Assembly (NCBI GenBank): GCA_965223865.1
Contig: OZ245020.1
Coordinates: 832,001-896,000 of the forward strand
Direction: 5' to 3'
Length of the DNA stretch: 64,000 nucleotides
Origin: Nitrosarchaeum sp.
Lineage (GTDB): Archaea; Thermoproteota; Nitrososphaeria; Nitrososphaerales; Nitrosopumilaceae
Within the stretch, counting starts at the first letter, position 1; every line of letters begins with the position of its first letter. The notes below the pieces were generated by a model. It did no database searches. It had not been told where the DNA came from and saw only the letters and a program-made list of their open reading frames with translations. This document shows, one piece after another, positions 9,938-21,126 of this stretch. Both the position numbers and the translations under genes were made by a program.

Positions 9938-10102
9938 TTGGGTTTGAAAGAAAAATGTTCAATTTGTAGTGAAAAAATTGAATTGCAATTTAACCCAATG
10001 CAAGAATGGAAAATTAAAGGGCCTCTTTGTGGAAACTGTTATTCAAAAAAACTAGATGAGTATTATCCAGGAGATCATATCAGAGTTAACAAAGAAAATT
10101 GA
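9938..10102 (+). CDS. 54-aa zinc-finger microprotein
   Basis: MGLKEKCSICSEKIELQFNPMQEWKIKGPLCGNCYSKKLDEYYPGDHIRVNKEN; TTG start; TTTATATA box upstream. Confidence 0.75.
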   Translation: MGLKEKCSICSEKIELQFNPMQEWKIKGPLCGNCYSKKLDEYYPGDHIRVNKEN

Positions 10103-10103
10103 G

Positions 10104-10688
10104 TTAGTCAGCCTTTGAATATTTGTTTACATATAGACAATTCCATACTAGTGGGTCTTCTTTTACATTTTTTTCATCTAAAAAGGAAATATCAGTAACA
10201 GTTTTTTTTCTTTTTAGCAGATTTATTTGAAAACTAGAAAATTTTTCACATTTACATACATTATACAAACACACATCATTATCTCCTTCATCGTGATCTT
10301 CTGCGGTATGTCCACAATTACATATTGCGTCTCTTTTCGCTTTGTCTAAATTTTGTTCAGAATAAACACCCAATCTAAGATAGGCCTCACCATCATGACC
10401 TTTCTTAAAACGTTCATAGTTATCAGATCTTGGTAATTCCTTGAAAAATGAAAGATTTGAATCAGGTTTTTGAGATTCTGAACCCATGATAAACCAGTAT
10501 TGATCACCAATTTCGACAAATCTAATTTTTATTGATGGATTAACCCACCAATTTATTGTCTCATGCCAAAGATTTGTTGCCTCTTTTCTATCAGAAAATA
10601 AAGGAATGACATTCATTCTAAGATCATAGTATCTATAAGCTACGCCAAGAAAGTCATCAAACCAAGGTACAGGAGACTGGGAAGACAA
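10104..10688 (-). CDS. Hypothetical protein with CxCGH...H...C...CxC metal-binding insert
   Basis: 194-aa ORF with Cys/His cluster. Confidence 0.75.
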   Translation of the reverse strand: MSSQSPVPWFDDFLGVAYRYYDLRMNVIPLFSDRKEATNLWHETINWWVNPSIKIRFVEIGDQYWFIMGSESQKPDSNLSFFKELPRSDNYERFKKGHDGEAYLRLGVYSEQNLDKAKRDAICNCGHTAEDHDEGDNDVCLYNVCKCEKFSSFQINLLKRKKTVTDISFLDEKNVKEDPLVWNCLYVNKYSKAD

Positions 10689-10772
10689 CTCACAGAAATC
10701 AGGCTAGAGCATATTTATCTGATCTGAATTGATGGTAATACCCTTATATCTTGGTTTTATACTTAATTTCGT

Positions 10773-11054
10773 ATGGTTTCCTATAGGACAAGTATGCAAA
10801 TTGTTGCAGATCTTTTGACCGTCACTGAACAGTCTGGTCAACAAGGTATCAAAACAACATCATTACTTACAAAGGCAAATCTTTCACATTCCAGACTATC
10901 AAGATTCTTGGAAAATTTGACTGGATCTGGACTTATAAACAGAATTGAATTTGATGGGAAAAACACATTTGTTATAACCGAGAAAGGCAGACAATATTTA
11001 GAATCCTACTCAAAATTCTCAAGTATTGCAGAATCCTTTGGTCTCGAACTTTAA
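10773..11054 (+). CDS. Winged-helix DNA-binding protein
   Basis: Paralog of 3614..3901 (KANLSHSRL, ITEKGRQYL). Confidence 0.85.
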   Translation: MVSYRTSMQIVADLLTVTEQSGQQGIKTTSLLTKANLSHSRLSRFLENLTGSGLINRIEFDGKNTFVITEKGRQYLESYSKFSSIAESFGLEL

Positions 11055-11057
11055 AAT

Positions 11058-11276
11058 CTACCTTTTAGATTTTCTTCTTCTTTCTGCATTTGCTTTTCGT
11101 CGTTCTTGTCTTTCCTTATACGAACTATAAATTATAATTATGCATATTCCGGCAATAGAGGCATAAAACAATGGAATAACTGGCGGAACTATCAATTCTC
11201 CGTTTGCTGGATTTACAAATGACATAGGAATTCCAACCACACAAAAAATCAAGATCACTAAAAGGTACTTGTCCAT
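11058..11276 (-). CDS. Small two-TM membrane protein
   Basis: Two hydrophobic helices and a basic tail. Confidence 0.7.
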   Translation of the reverse strand: MDKYLLVILIFCVVGIPMSFVNPANGELIVPPVIPLFYASIAGICIIIIYSSYKERQERRKANAERRRKSKR

Positions 11277-11339
11277 AACTTTTATGATTTACAAAACCAT
11301 ATATCTTTTTGAGTTAGCTATTATCTTAACTGAAGAAGC

Positions 11340-11522
11340 ATGACAAAAATTTTAGAAGTAATAGGACTGGTTTTAGTAGGGATTATGTTCTTAGCATTTG
11401 TTGGAGTAATTCCCCAGGTTGAATCAGGATTATCTCCAGTATTTTGGGGATGTGCTGGTTGTGCATTAATGATAATCTTCTATAGAAAGATGAAAAGAAA
11501 ACAACAAGAAGAAAAAAATTGA
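11340..11522 (+). CDS. Small two-TM membrane protein
   Basis: Two hydrophobic helices and a basic tail. Confidence 0.65.
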   Translation: MTKILEVIGLVLVGIMFLAFVGVIPQVESGLSPVFWGCAGCALMIIFYRKMKRKQQEEKN

Positions 11523-11611
11523 TTTAATTCAAGACAATGCTAAGAACTGATCAAGTATTGATCAACCGACAGATCTATAAAGGAGAATTAAAGTAAAAGT
11601 TTGGGAGGAGC

Positions 11612-11698
11612 ATGAAAGAAGAAACTAAGCAATGGTGGGAAGGTTTAGGAAAGGAGTTAGAAGTTGACATTGAAGCCTTCGACGAATCAAGCTCTTAA
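11612..11698 (+). CDS. WWEG micropeptide 1 (28 aa)
   Basis: MKEETKQWWEGLGKELEVDIEAFDESSS; GGAGG upstream; AGATCTATAAA promoter. Confidence 0.6.
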   Translation: MKEETKQWWEGLGKELEVDIEAFDESSS

Positions 11699-11740
11699 AA
11701 ATTTCATATTAAAAAATAAAATAATTTTAAAGCCTCGAAC

Positions 11741-11768
11741 GGGATCTGAATGCAACCGTTCAGAGCCC
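11741..11768. repeat. GCAACC-loop hairpin, copy 1
   Basis: GGGA-TCTGAAT-GCAACC-GTTCAGA-GCCC; related copies at 21268 and 12052. Confidence 0.55.
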
Positions 11769-11932
11769 TAACAAATTAAGAGATTATTTCATTGAATTAT
11801 AAAATAAAAAATGAAAATTATTGCTCTATTTGATCACAGAAAAACAGGATTGAGTATGTTATATGAGGAGCAATTTGATTTTGAATTAATTTTATAGCAA
11901 GATCTATAAACAATGATCCTTCCCATGTTGTA

Positions 11933-12010
11933 ATGTCTGATTCTGTTATTCCTAAATGGTGGGAAGGAATGAAAGGGTTAGAGACAGATATTGAATGTGA
12001 GATGTCTTAA
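11933..12010 (+). CDS. WWEG micropeptide 2 (25 aa)
   Basis: MSDSVIPKWWEGMKGLETDIECEMS; AAGATCTATAAA promoter about 25-30 nt upstream. Confidence 0.65.
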   Translation: MSDSVIPKWWEGMKGLETDIECEMS

Positions 12011-12334
12011 TTTAGCATATATTCCTAAAGGGCCTTAAGCTAAATCTTGAAGGCCCTCGAGGGGTGTTGCAATATTAGTTCAGGGCCCCTGTAATGTTAG
12101 AGTCAAAATTTGAGTTATTTTCTAGGTTCAACAAAGTTTGACGTTGAGAGAAGGCTACAATGACAAATCTCCCTGACTCTCTTCTGGTTTTGGGTCTTAT
12201 TTTAGTCCCAAGAAAGCATATGGACCCACAGCTACTTTCAACAAATCACTAGATTGAAACTAGTGAAAAAACTCATCCATATAATCACAGTACTAAAGAG
12301 AAGATTTAACTCATCTAGTATTAAGTACAAAATT

Positions 12335-13063
12335 ATGAAACTGAAGTTTTCAGCTTTGATATTATCATTTGTTTTGCTTGCAGGTTCTATTCCCTTTTCT
12401 ATTGCCCAACAAGAATCTACACTGATTCCAGAATGGATAAAACAAACTGCAAAATGGTATTCTGAAGGAACCGTGTCTGAACGAGAATTTCTGGATGCAA
12501 TAAGATTTCTTGTTCAAAACAAGATAATCATCATAACTGAGGAAGAATTCACAGAAGATCCAACATTACAAACTGATCAAATCACCGTCACAAAGCCAAG
12601 GATCAAACAATGTGAGGTTTTGTTCCAATCCTACAAAAATATTGGTGAACATAGATTCAAAAGCAAATACTCTCATGTTGCCTACTTGAAAGATTGCATA
12701 TCTCTTTACAAAGATCCTGTGTGGAAATACCAGGGAGAAGATCGTCACGATAAATTGTATCAAAGGCTAATAGACATCCAACAAACAAAACCAGAACAAA
12801 AAAAACTGTCTTTTCAACCTGAAGTAAATATTCTATCAAAAATTAACATTGGAAAAGAAAAGTATGATGTAAAGTTCAATGTATGTGCAGGAGACAAGAA
12901 AATTGACAAGGCAAAAGTATTGATCAAATCTCAGATTGAAAGTATTGAGTATGGCACCAACAAGGACATTGCCGAAAATACTTGTAGAACTTATGTTTAT
13001 CAAATAAACGCCAAAAATCCCGATAATATTTTCATTACAATTCTAGAACAAGTACTGGAATAA
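12335..13063 (+). CDS. Secreted protein with thaumarchaeal IPxWIK..A.W domain
   Basis: Signal peptide from ATG 12335; IPEWIKQTAKWYSEG.VSE.EFL.AI.FL motif. Confidence 0.8.
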   Translation: MKLKFSALILSFVLLAGSIPFSIAQQESTLIPEWIKQTAKWYSEGTVSEREFLDAIRFLVQNKIIIITEEEFTEDPTLQTDQITVTKPRIKQCEVLFQSYKNIGEHRFKSKYSHVAYLKDCISLYKDPVWKYQGEDRHDKLYQRLIDIQQTKPEQKKLSFQPEVNILSKINIGKEKYDVKFNVCAGDKKIDKAKVLIKSQIESIEYGTNKDIAENTCRTYVYQINAKNPDNIFITILEQVLE

Positions 13064-13136
13064 TTTAACAATCTCTGTAAATAACAAAATTTGGACCTAA
13101 CTTACAGTTGACGTGTTATATTTTGTCTCCTAATCC

Positions 13137-13742
13137 TTATCTAATGGGGGTCGCCGCATTTAGAACACCAATGAATCTGCCATGACTGTCTTTGATTTTT
13201 AGAACAATATCAGCTGATAATATTTTTGCACTCTCATCCCACAATACTTCCCTTACATGAACATCTTGTTTTAATGCCCTGAGCCATCATCCCTCATCTC
13301 CTTGATTGTAGTCATCAGTTCTGCCAGTTATTGCCACATTTGCCCCAAACTCATTGGTTATTATGATTTCAGGAAATATTACATCGCCAAATTCCTCAGT
13401 TGAAATTGTTTGTTTTTGCTTAAGGATTTTTGAGATGTTATTTTCAATCAAGGATCCCATAAAAGGAGATGGCTTGTCTTTTGGAGTGCTCTTCCATTCT
13501 TTGTCTCTATCTACAATGTATGTTTCAGGGTCTTGCATTGCTTCCTGCATGAACTGCCTGTTTTGTCCCATATTCTCTCTCATCTGCTACCTGAATTCTG
13601 GATCTGACATCAATTCTGGCATCTGTTGCGGGGACATGGCCATAGGACCAGGAGAAGAGTTCTGCATAGCTGCAAATCCTATTCCAATTCCTGCAACAAA
13701 AACGCCAACTGTAATGCCTATCCAAACATATTGGCTAACCAT
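13137..13742 (-). pseudogene. Chimeric pseudogene: Met/Gln-rich membrane-anchored protein N-terminus fused to a Cache/PDC-like sensor fragment
   Basis: One frame MVSQYVWIGITVGVF...EFR*QMRENM...EIIITNEFGANVAITGRTDDYNQGDEG*W...GRFIGVLNA, with in-frame TAG (13587-13589) and TGA (13287-13289). Confidence 0.7.
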
Positions 13743-13886
13743 AACTTGATGACGCTTTTTGATTCTTATGTTTATGTCCAGTTTTCAATGAATGTTATCA
13801 TGTATTGTTGTTTAATTATGGAATCAAGATATAGAACAACTACATCATCTTGATATTGTGTTTTATCTAATAATTATTCAATCACG

Positions 13887-15584
13887 ATGACAACTGTTCA
13901 ATCTATCTCTAAATTATGCCAGGATAAACTATGGAAATTAAGAATTCTCACATTTACTGCCGGTGCAGTGGTCATGGGCTTGGAGATTGTAACAAGCAGG
14001 ATACTGACGCCTGTTTTTGGAAGTACAATATACACGTGGGGAAGCCTGATTGGAGTAATTCTGAGCGGTTTAAGCCTAGGTTACTATTTGGGTGGAAAAG
14101 TTGCTGATGACCATCCAAAATTTGAAAAGATTTGTGGGATTGTTTTTTCAGTTGGATTGTTTATTGTAGCAATTCCATTTTTTGCCTCTTCAGTAGTTGA
14201 TTTTACTATTGCAGTATTGCCTGGCACCCAGTTCACTTCCTTGGTTGCAACGTTTTTGTTATTGATGCTTCCTTCTGTTTTGCTTGGCTTTGTATCACCA
14301 TATGTGATCAAGCTTGGAACAAGCACATTGCAAAGAGTTGGAAACATTTCTGGAAACCTTTATTCAATTGCCACAATTGGCAGCATCTTTGGCACATTTG
14401 TAACGGTCTTTGTCTTGATTCCAAATGTTGCAGTAAACCAGATAATTTTTGGACTCGGAATTGCATTGATTGCAAGTTCCTTGATTGGTCTCAAAGCATC
14501 TCCTAAAATCATTGCAGTTGCGATTGTAGTAATTCTGATAGTTCCTTGGTCTTCATTGTCGGTAAATACAATATCACATAATGGAAAGCTAATCTATGAA
14601 AAAGAGACTCTTTTCAGTCATTTGGACATTGTAGAGTATGGAAGTAACATAAGCATGTATCTTGATGGTATGAGACACAGCTCAATGAATGTCAATGATC
14701 CTCTAGATTTGGTAATAGATTATACTGAATACTTTCACTTAGGTATGCTGTTTAATCCCACAGCCAATGATGTTTTATTTGTTGGTGGTGGAGGGTTTAC
14801 CGGTCCAAAAAACTTTCTTGCATTATATCCTGATACAAAGATAGATGTAATTGAGATTGATTCAGATGTGATTGATGCGGCAAAGACATACTTTAGTTTG
14901 GAGGATAACAATCCAAGGCTTCAGATATTCAATGATGATGCAAGAAAACACCTATCTACATTTGAGAAAAAATACGACGTGATAGTTTTAGATGCATATG
15001 CAGCAAACTATGTGCCCTATCATTTAATGACACAAGAATTCTTTCAAATTATTGAGAAAAGACTAGAACCAGATGGTGTTGTGGTATCTAATTTCATAGG
15101 CTCCATTGAAGGAAAAGATTCTCAGCTAGTTAAGGCTGCATACAAGACAATGAAACAGACATTTCCAGTAGCATATATTTTTCCTACAGAAGATAAACCA
15201 ACAAATGTACAAAATATCATGATAGTCTCATCAAACCAGCCTTACGAATTTGATAGATTGTTACTACTAGAGATGGCAAAAAACAGTCCTGCAGACTATC
15301 TAGTGGATGAACTAAGCAAACCTGAGCACTTTTACCAAGAAATAGTTGATACTTCGGAGGCTCCATTTCTTACTGACCAACACAATCCATCTGAAGTTCT
15401 GATCAACCCCCTTACTAGCAAGCCCTATGTTCAGGAATTTCAAGATGAGCAAATAGAAAAGAGAGAACATCGAGACGATCTGATAAATGTGGGATTGGGC
15501 ATAGGATTATCTGTGATTGCAGCAATATGGTTTCTCTATTTTAAAAAGAAGGTTTGGAATCCAGAATTAACTTTACCATCTTAG
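13887..15584 (+). CDS. Fused membrane domain/spermidine synthase-like protein
   Basis: N-terminal TMs (MGLEIVTSRILTPVFGS); VLFVGGGG, EID, DDAR and DVIVLDAY motifs. Confidence 0.88.
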   Translation: MTTVQSISKLCQDKLWKLRILTFTAGAVVMGLEIVTSRILTPVFGSTIYTWGSLIGVILSGLSLGYYLGGKVADDHPKFEKICGIVFSVGLFIVAIPFFASSVVDFTIAVLPGTQFTSLVATFLLLMLPSVLLGFVSPYVIKLGTSTLQRVGNISGNLYSIATIGSIFGTFVTVFVLIPNVAVNQIIFGLGIALIASSLIGLKASPKIIAVAIVVILIVPWSSLSVNTISHNGKLIYEKETLFSHLDIVEYGSNISMYLDGMRHSSMNVNDPLDLVIDYTEYFHLGMLFNPTANDVLFVGGGGFTGPKNFLALYPDTKIDVIEIDSDVIDAAKTYFSLEDNNPRLQIFNDDARKHLSTFEKKYDVIVLDAYAANYVPYHLMTQEFFQIIEKRLEPDGVVVSNFIGSIEGKDSQLVKAAYKTMKQTFPVAYIFPTEDKPTNVQNIMIVSSNQPYEFDRLLLLEMAKNSPADYLVDELSKPEHFYQEIVDTSEAPFLTDQHNPSEVLINPLTSKPYVQEFQDEQIEKREHRDDLINVGLGIGLSVIAAIWFLYFKKKVWNPELTLPS

Positions 15585-15591
15585 CAGAGAA

Positions 15592-16788
15592 CTAACAAGA
15601 TTTTGCATTTGCTAGTTTCTGTCTAGAAATAACAAACAACATAACAATTGCAGCGCCACACATCACCATACTGTATCCATAAGCCTGTTGTGTGCCAAAA
15701 TTCTCTAGCAATACCCCAAAGACCGTATTTGCAATCAAAAATGACACGCCAATAAACAGATAATATATTCCAAATGCAGTACCTCGGAGCTTCTCAGATG
15801 CTAATTTTGAGACTATCGTTTTCTGGCTGGTAATGGACATTCCCAGGTATATCCCAAATATTGAGGCCATTGCAATTGTTACATGCCATGTATCTGCATT
15901 AGAAAATCCTAAGAGAGCAACTGCAAAGAACAAACCGAATCCAATGAGCAGAATTTTTTGAGGACCAATTCTGTCAGACAAGATTCCTGCAGGATATCCG
16001 GAAATGGCATGTGCGATGTTTATCACCACATAGACAATTGGGATCAGAGCGGCTGTCAGCCCTGCATCCATTCCCTCTAAAAGTATGAAGGAGAAATTGA
16101 ACGCGCCAAGAGAAAATACCGTAAAGACTATCATGAATAACAAAAATCGACCACGCAGCACTTCCCTAAAGTTTGAAAGTATGGTTGCATCCCTTGGTAT
16201 GATTCTTTTTTCTTTGACAAAGAACAGAATTATCACCAGTGCAGCAGCTGCAGGTATCAATGAGATCCAAAATATCTCTCTAATGCCTAAAAGAGGAATC
16301 AGCAAAAATGCAATTAACGGACCAACTACTGCTCCAACAGAATCCAGACTTCGATGCAGACCAAAGGCACGTCCCACTTGAGTTATGCTGACAGAGTCAC
16401 TAAGCAGGGCATCACGTGGTGAGTTTCTTATCCCCTTTCCCAACCTGTCTGAGACTCTTATTGCCAAGACATGCTGCCAAGCTGTAGATATTGCAAACAG
16501 TGGTTTTGCTACAGTAGACAGAAAATATCCCAAAAACACCAACGGCTTTCTTCTTCCTAGCTTGTCAGATAGTGCACCAGAAAATGTTCTGGAACCATAT
16601 CCTACTGATTCTCCAAGACCCTCAATGAATCCAAAGATTCCTTTTCCTAACCCAAGCTCATCGATCATGAATACCGGCAATATGCCAAAGATCATCTCTG
16701 AGGAAATGTCAGTAAACATGCTGACAAACCCCAGATTCTTTACGTTGCTTTCATAATTGGTCTTCTTTTTGGCCAAACAGTAAACCAA
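15592..16788 (-). CDS. MFS transporter
   Basis: G.LSDKLGRRK motif A, DRLGKGIR..PRDALL; about 12 TMs. Confidence 0.9.
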   Translation of the reverse strand: MVYCLAKKKTNYESNVKNLGFVSMFTDISSEMIFGILPVFMIDELGLGKGIFGFIEGLGESVGYGSRTFSGALSDKLGRRKPLVFLGYFLSTVAKPLFAISTAWQHVLAIRVSDRLGKGIRNSPRDALLSDSVSITQVGRAFGLHRSLDSVGAVVGPLIAFLLIPLLGIREIFWISLIPAAAALVIILFFVKEKRIIPRDATILSNFREVLRGRFLLFMIVFTVFSLGAFNFSFILLEGMDAGLTAALIPIVYVVINIAHAISGYPAGILSDRIGPQKILLIGFGLFFAVALLGFSNADTWHVTIAMASIFGIYLGMSITSQKTIVSKLASEKLRGTAFGIYYLFIGVSFLIANTVFGVLLENFGTQQAYGYSMVMCGAAIVMLFVISRQKLANAKSC

Positions 16789-16938
16789 GTCAATTATGAT
16801 TTTTTAATGTCATTAAACTGAGATTATATTTTGTAATTTTGTAATAAAATTGTGGAATAACTCATAGTACAATACAATTCTCAAATTAGAAAATCAGATA
16901 TTCCAATTAAGTATTTGAAAATTCTTTTTTTTTTGTTT

Positions 16939-17416
16939 ATGGCAACAAAAAAACCAGTAAAAGAGAATCAGGACTAGCTCCATTTTGGACATCAAGTTGG
17001 ACAGACATTGACAAGTCTATTGAAAATCTGAGAAAAGACATGGAAAAGGCATTCTCATCATTTCCTTCAATATCGATGCCAAAAATGCCGGAGACCTCTT
17101 GTGATGTTATAGATGAAGGTAACCAATTTCGTGTAAAGATGGACGTTCCTGGAGTAAAGAAAAATGAGATTAGTCTTAATGTGACTGATAATTCATTGGA
17201 AGTGTCAGCAGAACACAAGGAAGAATCTGAGGAAAAGAAGAAAAACTATCTCAGAAAGGAACGAAGCCATGTGTCATATTATAGAACACTGCCAAGTCTG
17301 AAGACGTGGTTTCAGGTAAAGTAAAGGCAAAACTCACCGATGGAGTGCTAGACATCACACTGCCAAAGGCAAAACCAACTAAAACACAAAAGAAAAAGTC
17401 AATATCAGTACAATAA
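16939..17416 (+). pseudogene. Hsp20/alpha-crystallin small heat-shock protein with two frameshifts
   Basis: DVPGVKK, YLRKER and AKLTDGVLDITLPK motifs split over frames; A7 instead of A8 near 16950 and a second shift near 17295. Confidence 0.8.
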
Positions 17417-17511
17417 TTCTTTTTTATTTTTTTATTTCAAAAATGAGCATTGATTTCTAATCTTGATTTTATGTTACAACATTAAAAAATTACAAATTCA
17501 ATATCAATAAC

Positions 17512-18738
17512 GTGGTAACTGAATTTGATGTAGTTCCTACCATTATTGGAATTTTGGTCATTGTTATTCCTTCCATGTTGCTCGGAAGACTCTGTGCCCG
17601 ATTTAAAATATCTGAAATATTTGGATTTATTTTGGGCGGGGTTATTTTTGGCCATTTTGCAATTGGTGGATTGATTCCATTTCATGATGAACCAATAGTT
17701 GTAATGGATGATCTAATGTTGTCAATTTGGCAAGTTTCAGGAATAATCATTCTGTTTTCTGCAGGACTGCACTTTACCTTTCATGATCTGCGCCGAGCCG
17801 GAATGAAGGCAGCTTCTGTAGGAATTGGTGGCGTGATAGTGCCGCTGATTCTGGGATATCTTGTGACGAGTATCTTCGGATACGAGTGGCAAGCTGCAAT
17901 TGTAATAGGAGCCACTCTAAGTGCCACCAGTATTGCAATTTCTGTCACAGCATTAGAAGAGCTCAGAAAAGAAAAGACCACTGAAGGAAACGTACTTGTC
18001 AATGCAGCAGTGTTAGATGATGTTTTGGGAATTGCAATCTTGTCTGCAATTCTCTCAATTATAGTGACAAACTCTATTCCTACAATCGAGACAATTACAC
18101 TGCAGACAGTAGAATCCATCGGATTCTGGTTTGTGTTATTGTTAGGAGCAGTATTTTTGCTGCCCCGAATAGTCCACATGACGACAATTGCTCATCCAAC
18201 TTCACTTGAATCACGCGGAATAAATCAAGCCGTGGCTTTAGGTTCTGCCTTTGGATTGGCTGCAATTGCTGGAGGCCTTGGCCTGAATCCGATAATTGGA
18301 GCATTTGCAGCAGGCATGGGGTTAGCTGATTCCAAGCTAGCAATGCAAGCACGTGAATTTGCTGGAAGACTCAAGGTGATTTTCACTCCTCTGTTTTTTG
18401 CAGTAATTGGTGCACATGTAAATCTGGGGGCTATTTTTGATATCAATATTGTTGTGTTTCTTGGTATTTTGGGAGTTGCCATATTTAGCAAAATTCTAGG
18501 ATGTGGTATTCCTGCGTCATTTTTGCTAAAAAATCGTAAAAAAGGATTGCGAGTAGGATATGGGATGATTGCAAGGGGCGAGATAGCATTTGTTACGATT
18601 GGATTGGGTTTATCATATGCTGTTATAGATCAAACAATGTATTCTACGATTATTTTTGTTATCTTGGCAACAATTTTCATTGCACCAGAACTTTTGAGAT
18701 TATCATATAGAAATGAAAATTCAAAAAAATCAGCCTAG
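17512..18738 (+). CDS. Cation:proton antiporter (CPA2/Kef type)
   Basis: LSATSIAIS, AAVLDD and GMIARGE motifs. Confidence 0.9.
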   Translation: MVTEFDVVPTIIGILVIVIPSMLLGRLCARFKISEIFGFILGGVIFGHFAIGGLIPFHDEPIVVMDDLMLSIWQVSGIIILFSAGLHFTFHDLRRAGMKAASVGIGGVIVPLILGYLVTSIFGYEWQAAIVIGATLSATSIAISVTALEELRKEKTTEGNVLVNAAVLDDVLGIAILSAILSIIVTNSIPTIETITLQTVESIGFWFVLLLGAVFLLPRIVHMTTIAHPTSLESRGINQAVALGSAFGLAAIAGGLGLNPIIGAFAAGMGLADSKLAMQAREFAGRLKVIFTPLFFAVIGAHVNLGAIFDINIVVFLGILGVAIFSKILGCGIPASFLLKNRKKGLRVGYGMIARGEIAFVTIGLGLSYAVIDQTMYSTIIFVILATIFIAPELLRLSYRNENSKKSA

Positions 18739-18976
18739 GACCAAAAAATAATTCTTCTTTATTCTTAATCGTTCAAAATAGAAGTATTTAGGAAATTCTG
18801 GTTTTGAATCATTTTCTGAAATTTTTATTATAGTTTTCATTATGCCGAAAATTATGGTTACACGAAGCCGGCCCTATCTATACCCCAGCACAACTTGTAT
18901 GTGATAATAGGAGTAAGCCTTTTTTCTTCACAAACGTTACAGTTTGAATGTATTGAATTTTGATAATGGATTTCTA

Positions 18977-19954
18977 TTAATTCAGATTGTCCTCAAAAAA
19001 TTTCAATGTCTTTTGCCATGCATCCTTTGATTCTTCCGGTGCATATCTATCACCGGATGGATTTGCAAATGCATGGTTTACTCCGGGATATATGGTGATG
19101 TCATTGTCAATTCCAACTGTATCCAGAGAAGTCTCAAACTCGTTTACAGTCTCTGGGGGAATTCCGTTGTCGAGCTCAGCAAATATTCCCAATACTGGCC
19201 AGTTGATCTTAGATAATTCTTCAGTGTCTGTTACAAGCTGACCGTAATAGATTACTGTAGCATCCATGTCTTCATTGTTTAATGCCAGGTTCAGTGATTG
19301 TCCACCTCCAAAACACCACCCAATTGAACCCAAGCTAGATGAAGAATAATTTTCTTGTAGGTAAGATACTGCAGTATTCATGTTTTCTGTCCAATAGGAT
19401 TGCTCAAAGGAGGTACGTAGCTGTCTTGCCTCATCAGCAGTTGTGCCAACCTGTCCATCATACAAATCAACTGCAAACACGACATATCCATGTGATGCAA
19501 GCTTTTCTGCCATCTGCTTTATGTTGTCATTTAGTCCCCACCACTCATGAATCATTATCACTCCAGGATAACTTCCATCTGTTTGTGGTTTTGCCAAGTA
19601 TCCGTTAGAATTTCCAAAGTATGAAACATTTGTTGTCTCTACCTCCAAGTCTCCTGTTTCAAATATTACAGAATTGTTATTGTCATTTTTTTCATAATCT
19701 GGTAAAACATGTATTGCCCATTCTCTTTCGATCAGTTTTTCAACTGATGATGGTTTGACACATGCAGGTTGTCCGTTTGAGACTTTCATTATTAACTCAA
19801 GGCCTTCAGTACATGTCACGTTAGAAGGATCCGTACCATCCTGAATCTGCTTTAATGGTGGAGGAAAATACGCTATACCATATACATCATCGTAAACTTG
19901 AACGGTCAAAATTAAAGATGAAAATATTGCCATGATGAAAAATGAATTCTTCAC
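18977..19954 (-). CDS. Secreted dienelactone hydrolase family protein
   Basis: HEWWGLN, GWCFGG and HAFANPSG motifs; N-terminal PPLKQ...C.EGL...P.CVK domain. Confidence 0.92.
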   Translation of the reverse strand: MKNSFFIMAIFSSLILTVQVYDDVYGIAYFPPPLKQIQDGTDPSNVTCTEGLELIMKVSNGQPACVKPSSVEKLIEREWAIHVLPDYEKNDNNNSVIFETGDLEVETTNVSYFGNSNGYLAKPQTDGSYPGVIMIHEWWGLNDNIKQMAEKLASHGYVVFAVDLYDGQVGTTADEARQLRTSFEQSYWTENMNTAVSYLQENYSSSSLGSIGWCFGGGQSLNLALNNEDMDATVIYYGQLVTDTEELSKINWPVLGIFAELDNGIPPETVNEFETSLDTVGIDNDITIYPGVNHAFANPSGDRYAPEESKDAWQKTLKFFEDNLN

Positions 19955-20306
19955 AACAGTGATTATAATTTGTAATATTTTACTTTTGAGTAGAAAAATA
20001 ATCTGAGATTTTTTATTTGTTAATTAAACAAAAGATTACATTTGTGATAAAAACAGGTCAATGAAATTTCAGTTTTGCAGTTATCTAGATTTTGTACAAG
20101 TAAAAATAATGATTAGAGAGTTTTTCGGATTCATTTGGGATTTGATTTCTGGAAATTAGCTTCGTATTCATAATTTTGAACCAACATTTGAATTTTCATT
20201 TCCAGATTACAAATAAGACATTTTTGTATCAGAAATTTCGTAAATCTATGTTACAACCATAGAGAACACTCAGCAACCTTAAATCTTGGGTTGACCATAT
20301 TTTCCT

Positions 20307-20735
20307 ATGACCAAAGTGTTAGTCCCTACACTGTTGCTTTCTTTTCTGGCAGTGGTGATGGTGTTTGGTTCTGTCGCTCCTGCAATGGCTGATTCAGAAG
20401 GAGACAAATCCTACAAAAGAAATTGGGTTGTGCCAATTGGTGAAGCAGTTGGAACAATAGAGATTTCTGAAGATACTAACATTGATGATGTAAGAGATCT
20501 TGCAATTTCTGAAGAGCAAGCAAGACAAGGATACGATGGTATTGACAAGGCCAAACTCAAAAAAGCCGTAAATGACGCTGGTCAGTATTTTCTGGTATGG
20601 AAACTAATTGACTATACAGAATCTGATACAAAGATAAAGTATATCCTTGATGCAGGAACCGGAGAACAACTAACTGAACCAATTGTCAAAGAAAAGGGTT
20701 CATGCGGTAAACACAAAACTGGTGAGAACGCATAA
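20307..20735 (+). CDS. Secreted hypothetical protein (PepSY-like C-terminus)
   Basis: Signal peptide; ILDAGTGE motif. Confidence 0.7.
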   Translation: MTKVLVPTLLLSFLAVVMVFGSVAPAMADSEGDKSYKRNWVVPIGEAVGTIEISEDTNIDDVRDLAISEEQARQGYDGIDKAKLKKAVNDAGQYFLVWKLIDYTESDTKIKYILDAGTGEQLTEPIVKEKGSCGKHKTGENA

Positions 20736-20756
20736 CCAACTTTTTTCTGATTTAAG

Positions 20757-21126
20757 ATGAATAAAATAGATATTTTGTTTTATGCTGCTGCAACTACTGT
20801 AATTGCAGGAATCATCCATGTAGTTTTAGGATATGATTCAGGCAGGATAAACACAGATCCTATTTCTTGTTGGAGGGGTCGCACAGATATTTTGGGCAAT
20901 TCCGATGGCAAGAAAATGGGGACCCGTATGGTATTCGGTAGGATTAGGAGGAACAATTATCTTTATTCTAATTTGGGTAATTACTAGAATTCCTGATAAC
21001 TTCATTACCGGCAGAGGAGGAAGAATAAGTGATAATGGCATACTGACAGAAGTATTTCAGATAGCATTTGTTGGTATTGTTATTGCAATTTTAGTTCTAG
21101 AGAAGAAAAGATTATCTCAAAATTAA
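20757..21126 (+). pseudogene. Frameshifted four-TM membrane protein
   Basis: MNKIDILFYAAATTVIAGIIH continues as QILFLVGGVAQIFWAIPMARKWG in another frame (shift near 20850). Confidence 0.7.

Noticed and set aside
11731-11750. GCCTCGAACGGGATCTGAA as the att copy of tRNA-Met
   Set aside because: It looks vaguely like a reverse tRNA 3' end but does not match GCCGGGGGCGAGTTTCGAA, and it is better explained as part of the hairpin family.
13287-13589. In-frame TAG and TGA as pyrrolysine/selenocysteine recoding
   Set aside because: They fit CAG>TAG and TGG>TGA nonsense changes in a chimeric remnant; there is no Pyl/Sec machinery here and the atypical tRNAs do not read stop codons.
18860-18925. GC-richer patch with CCTAT/ATAGG pairing
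   Set aside because: Only short helices, with no second copy or recognisable motif.
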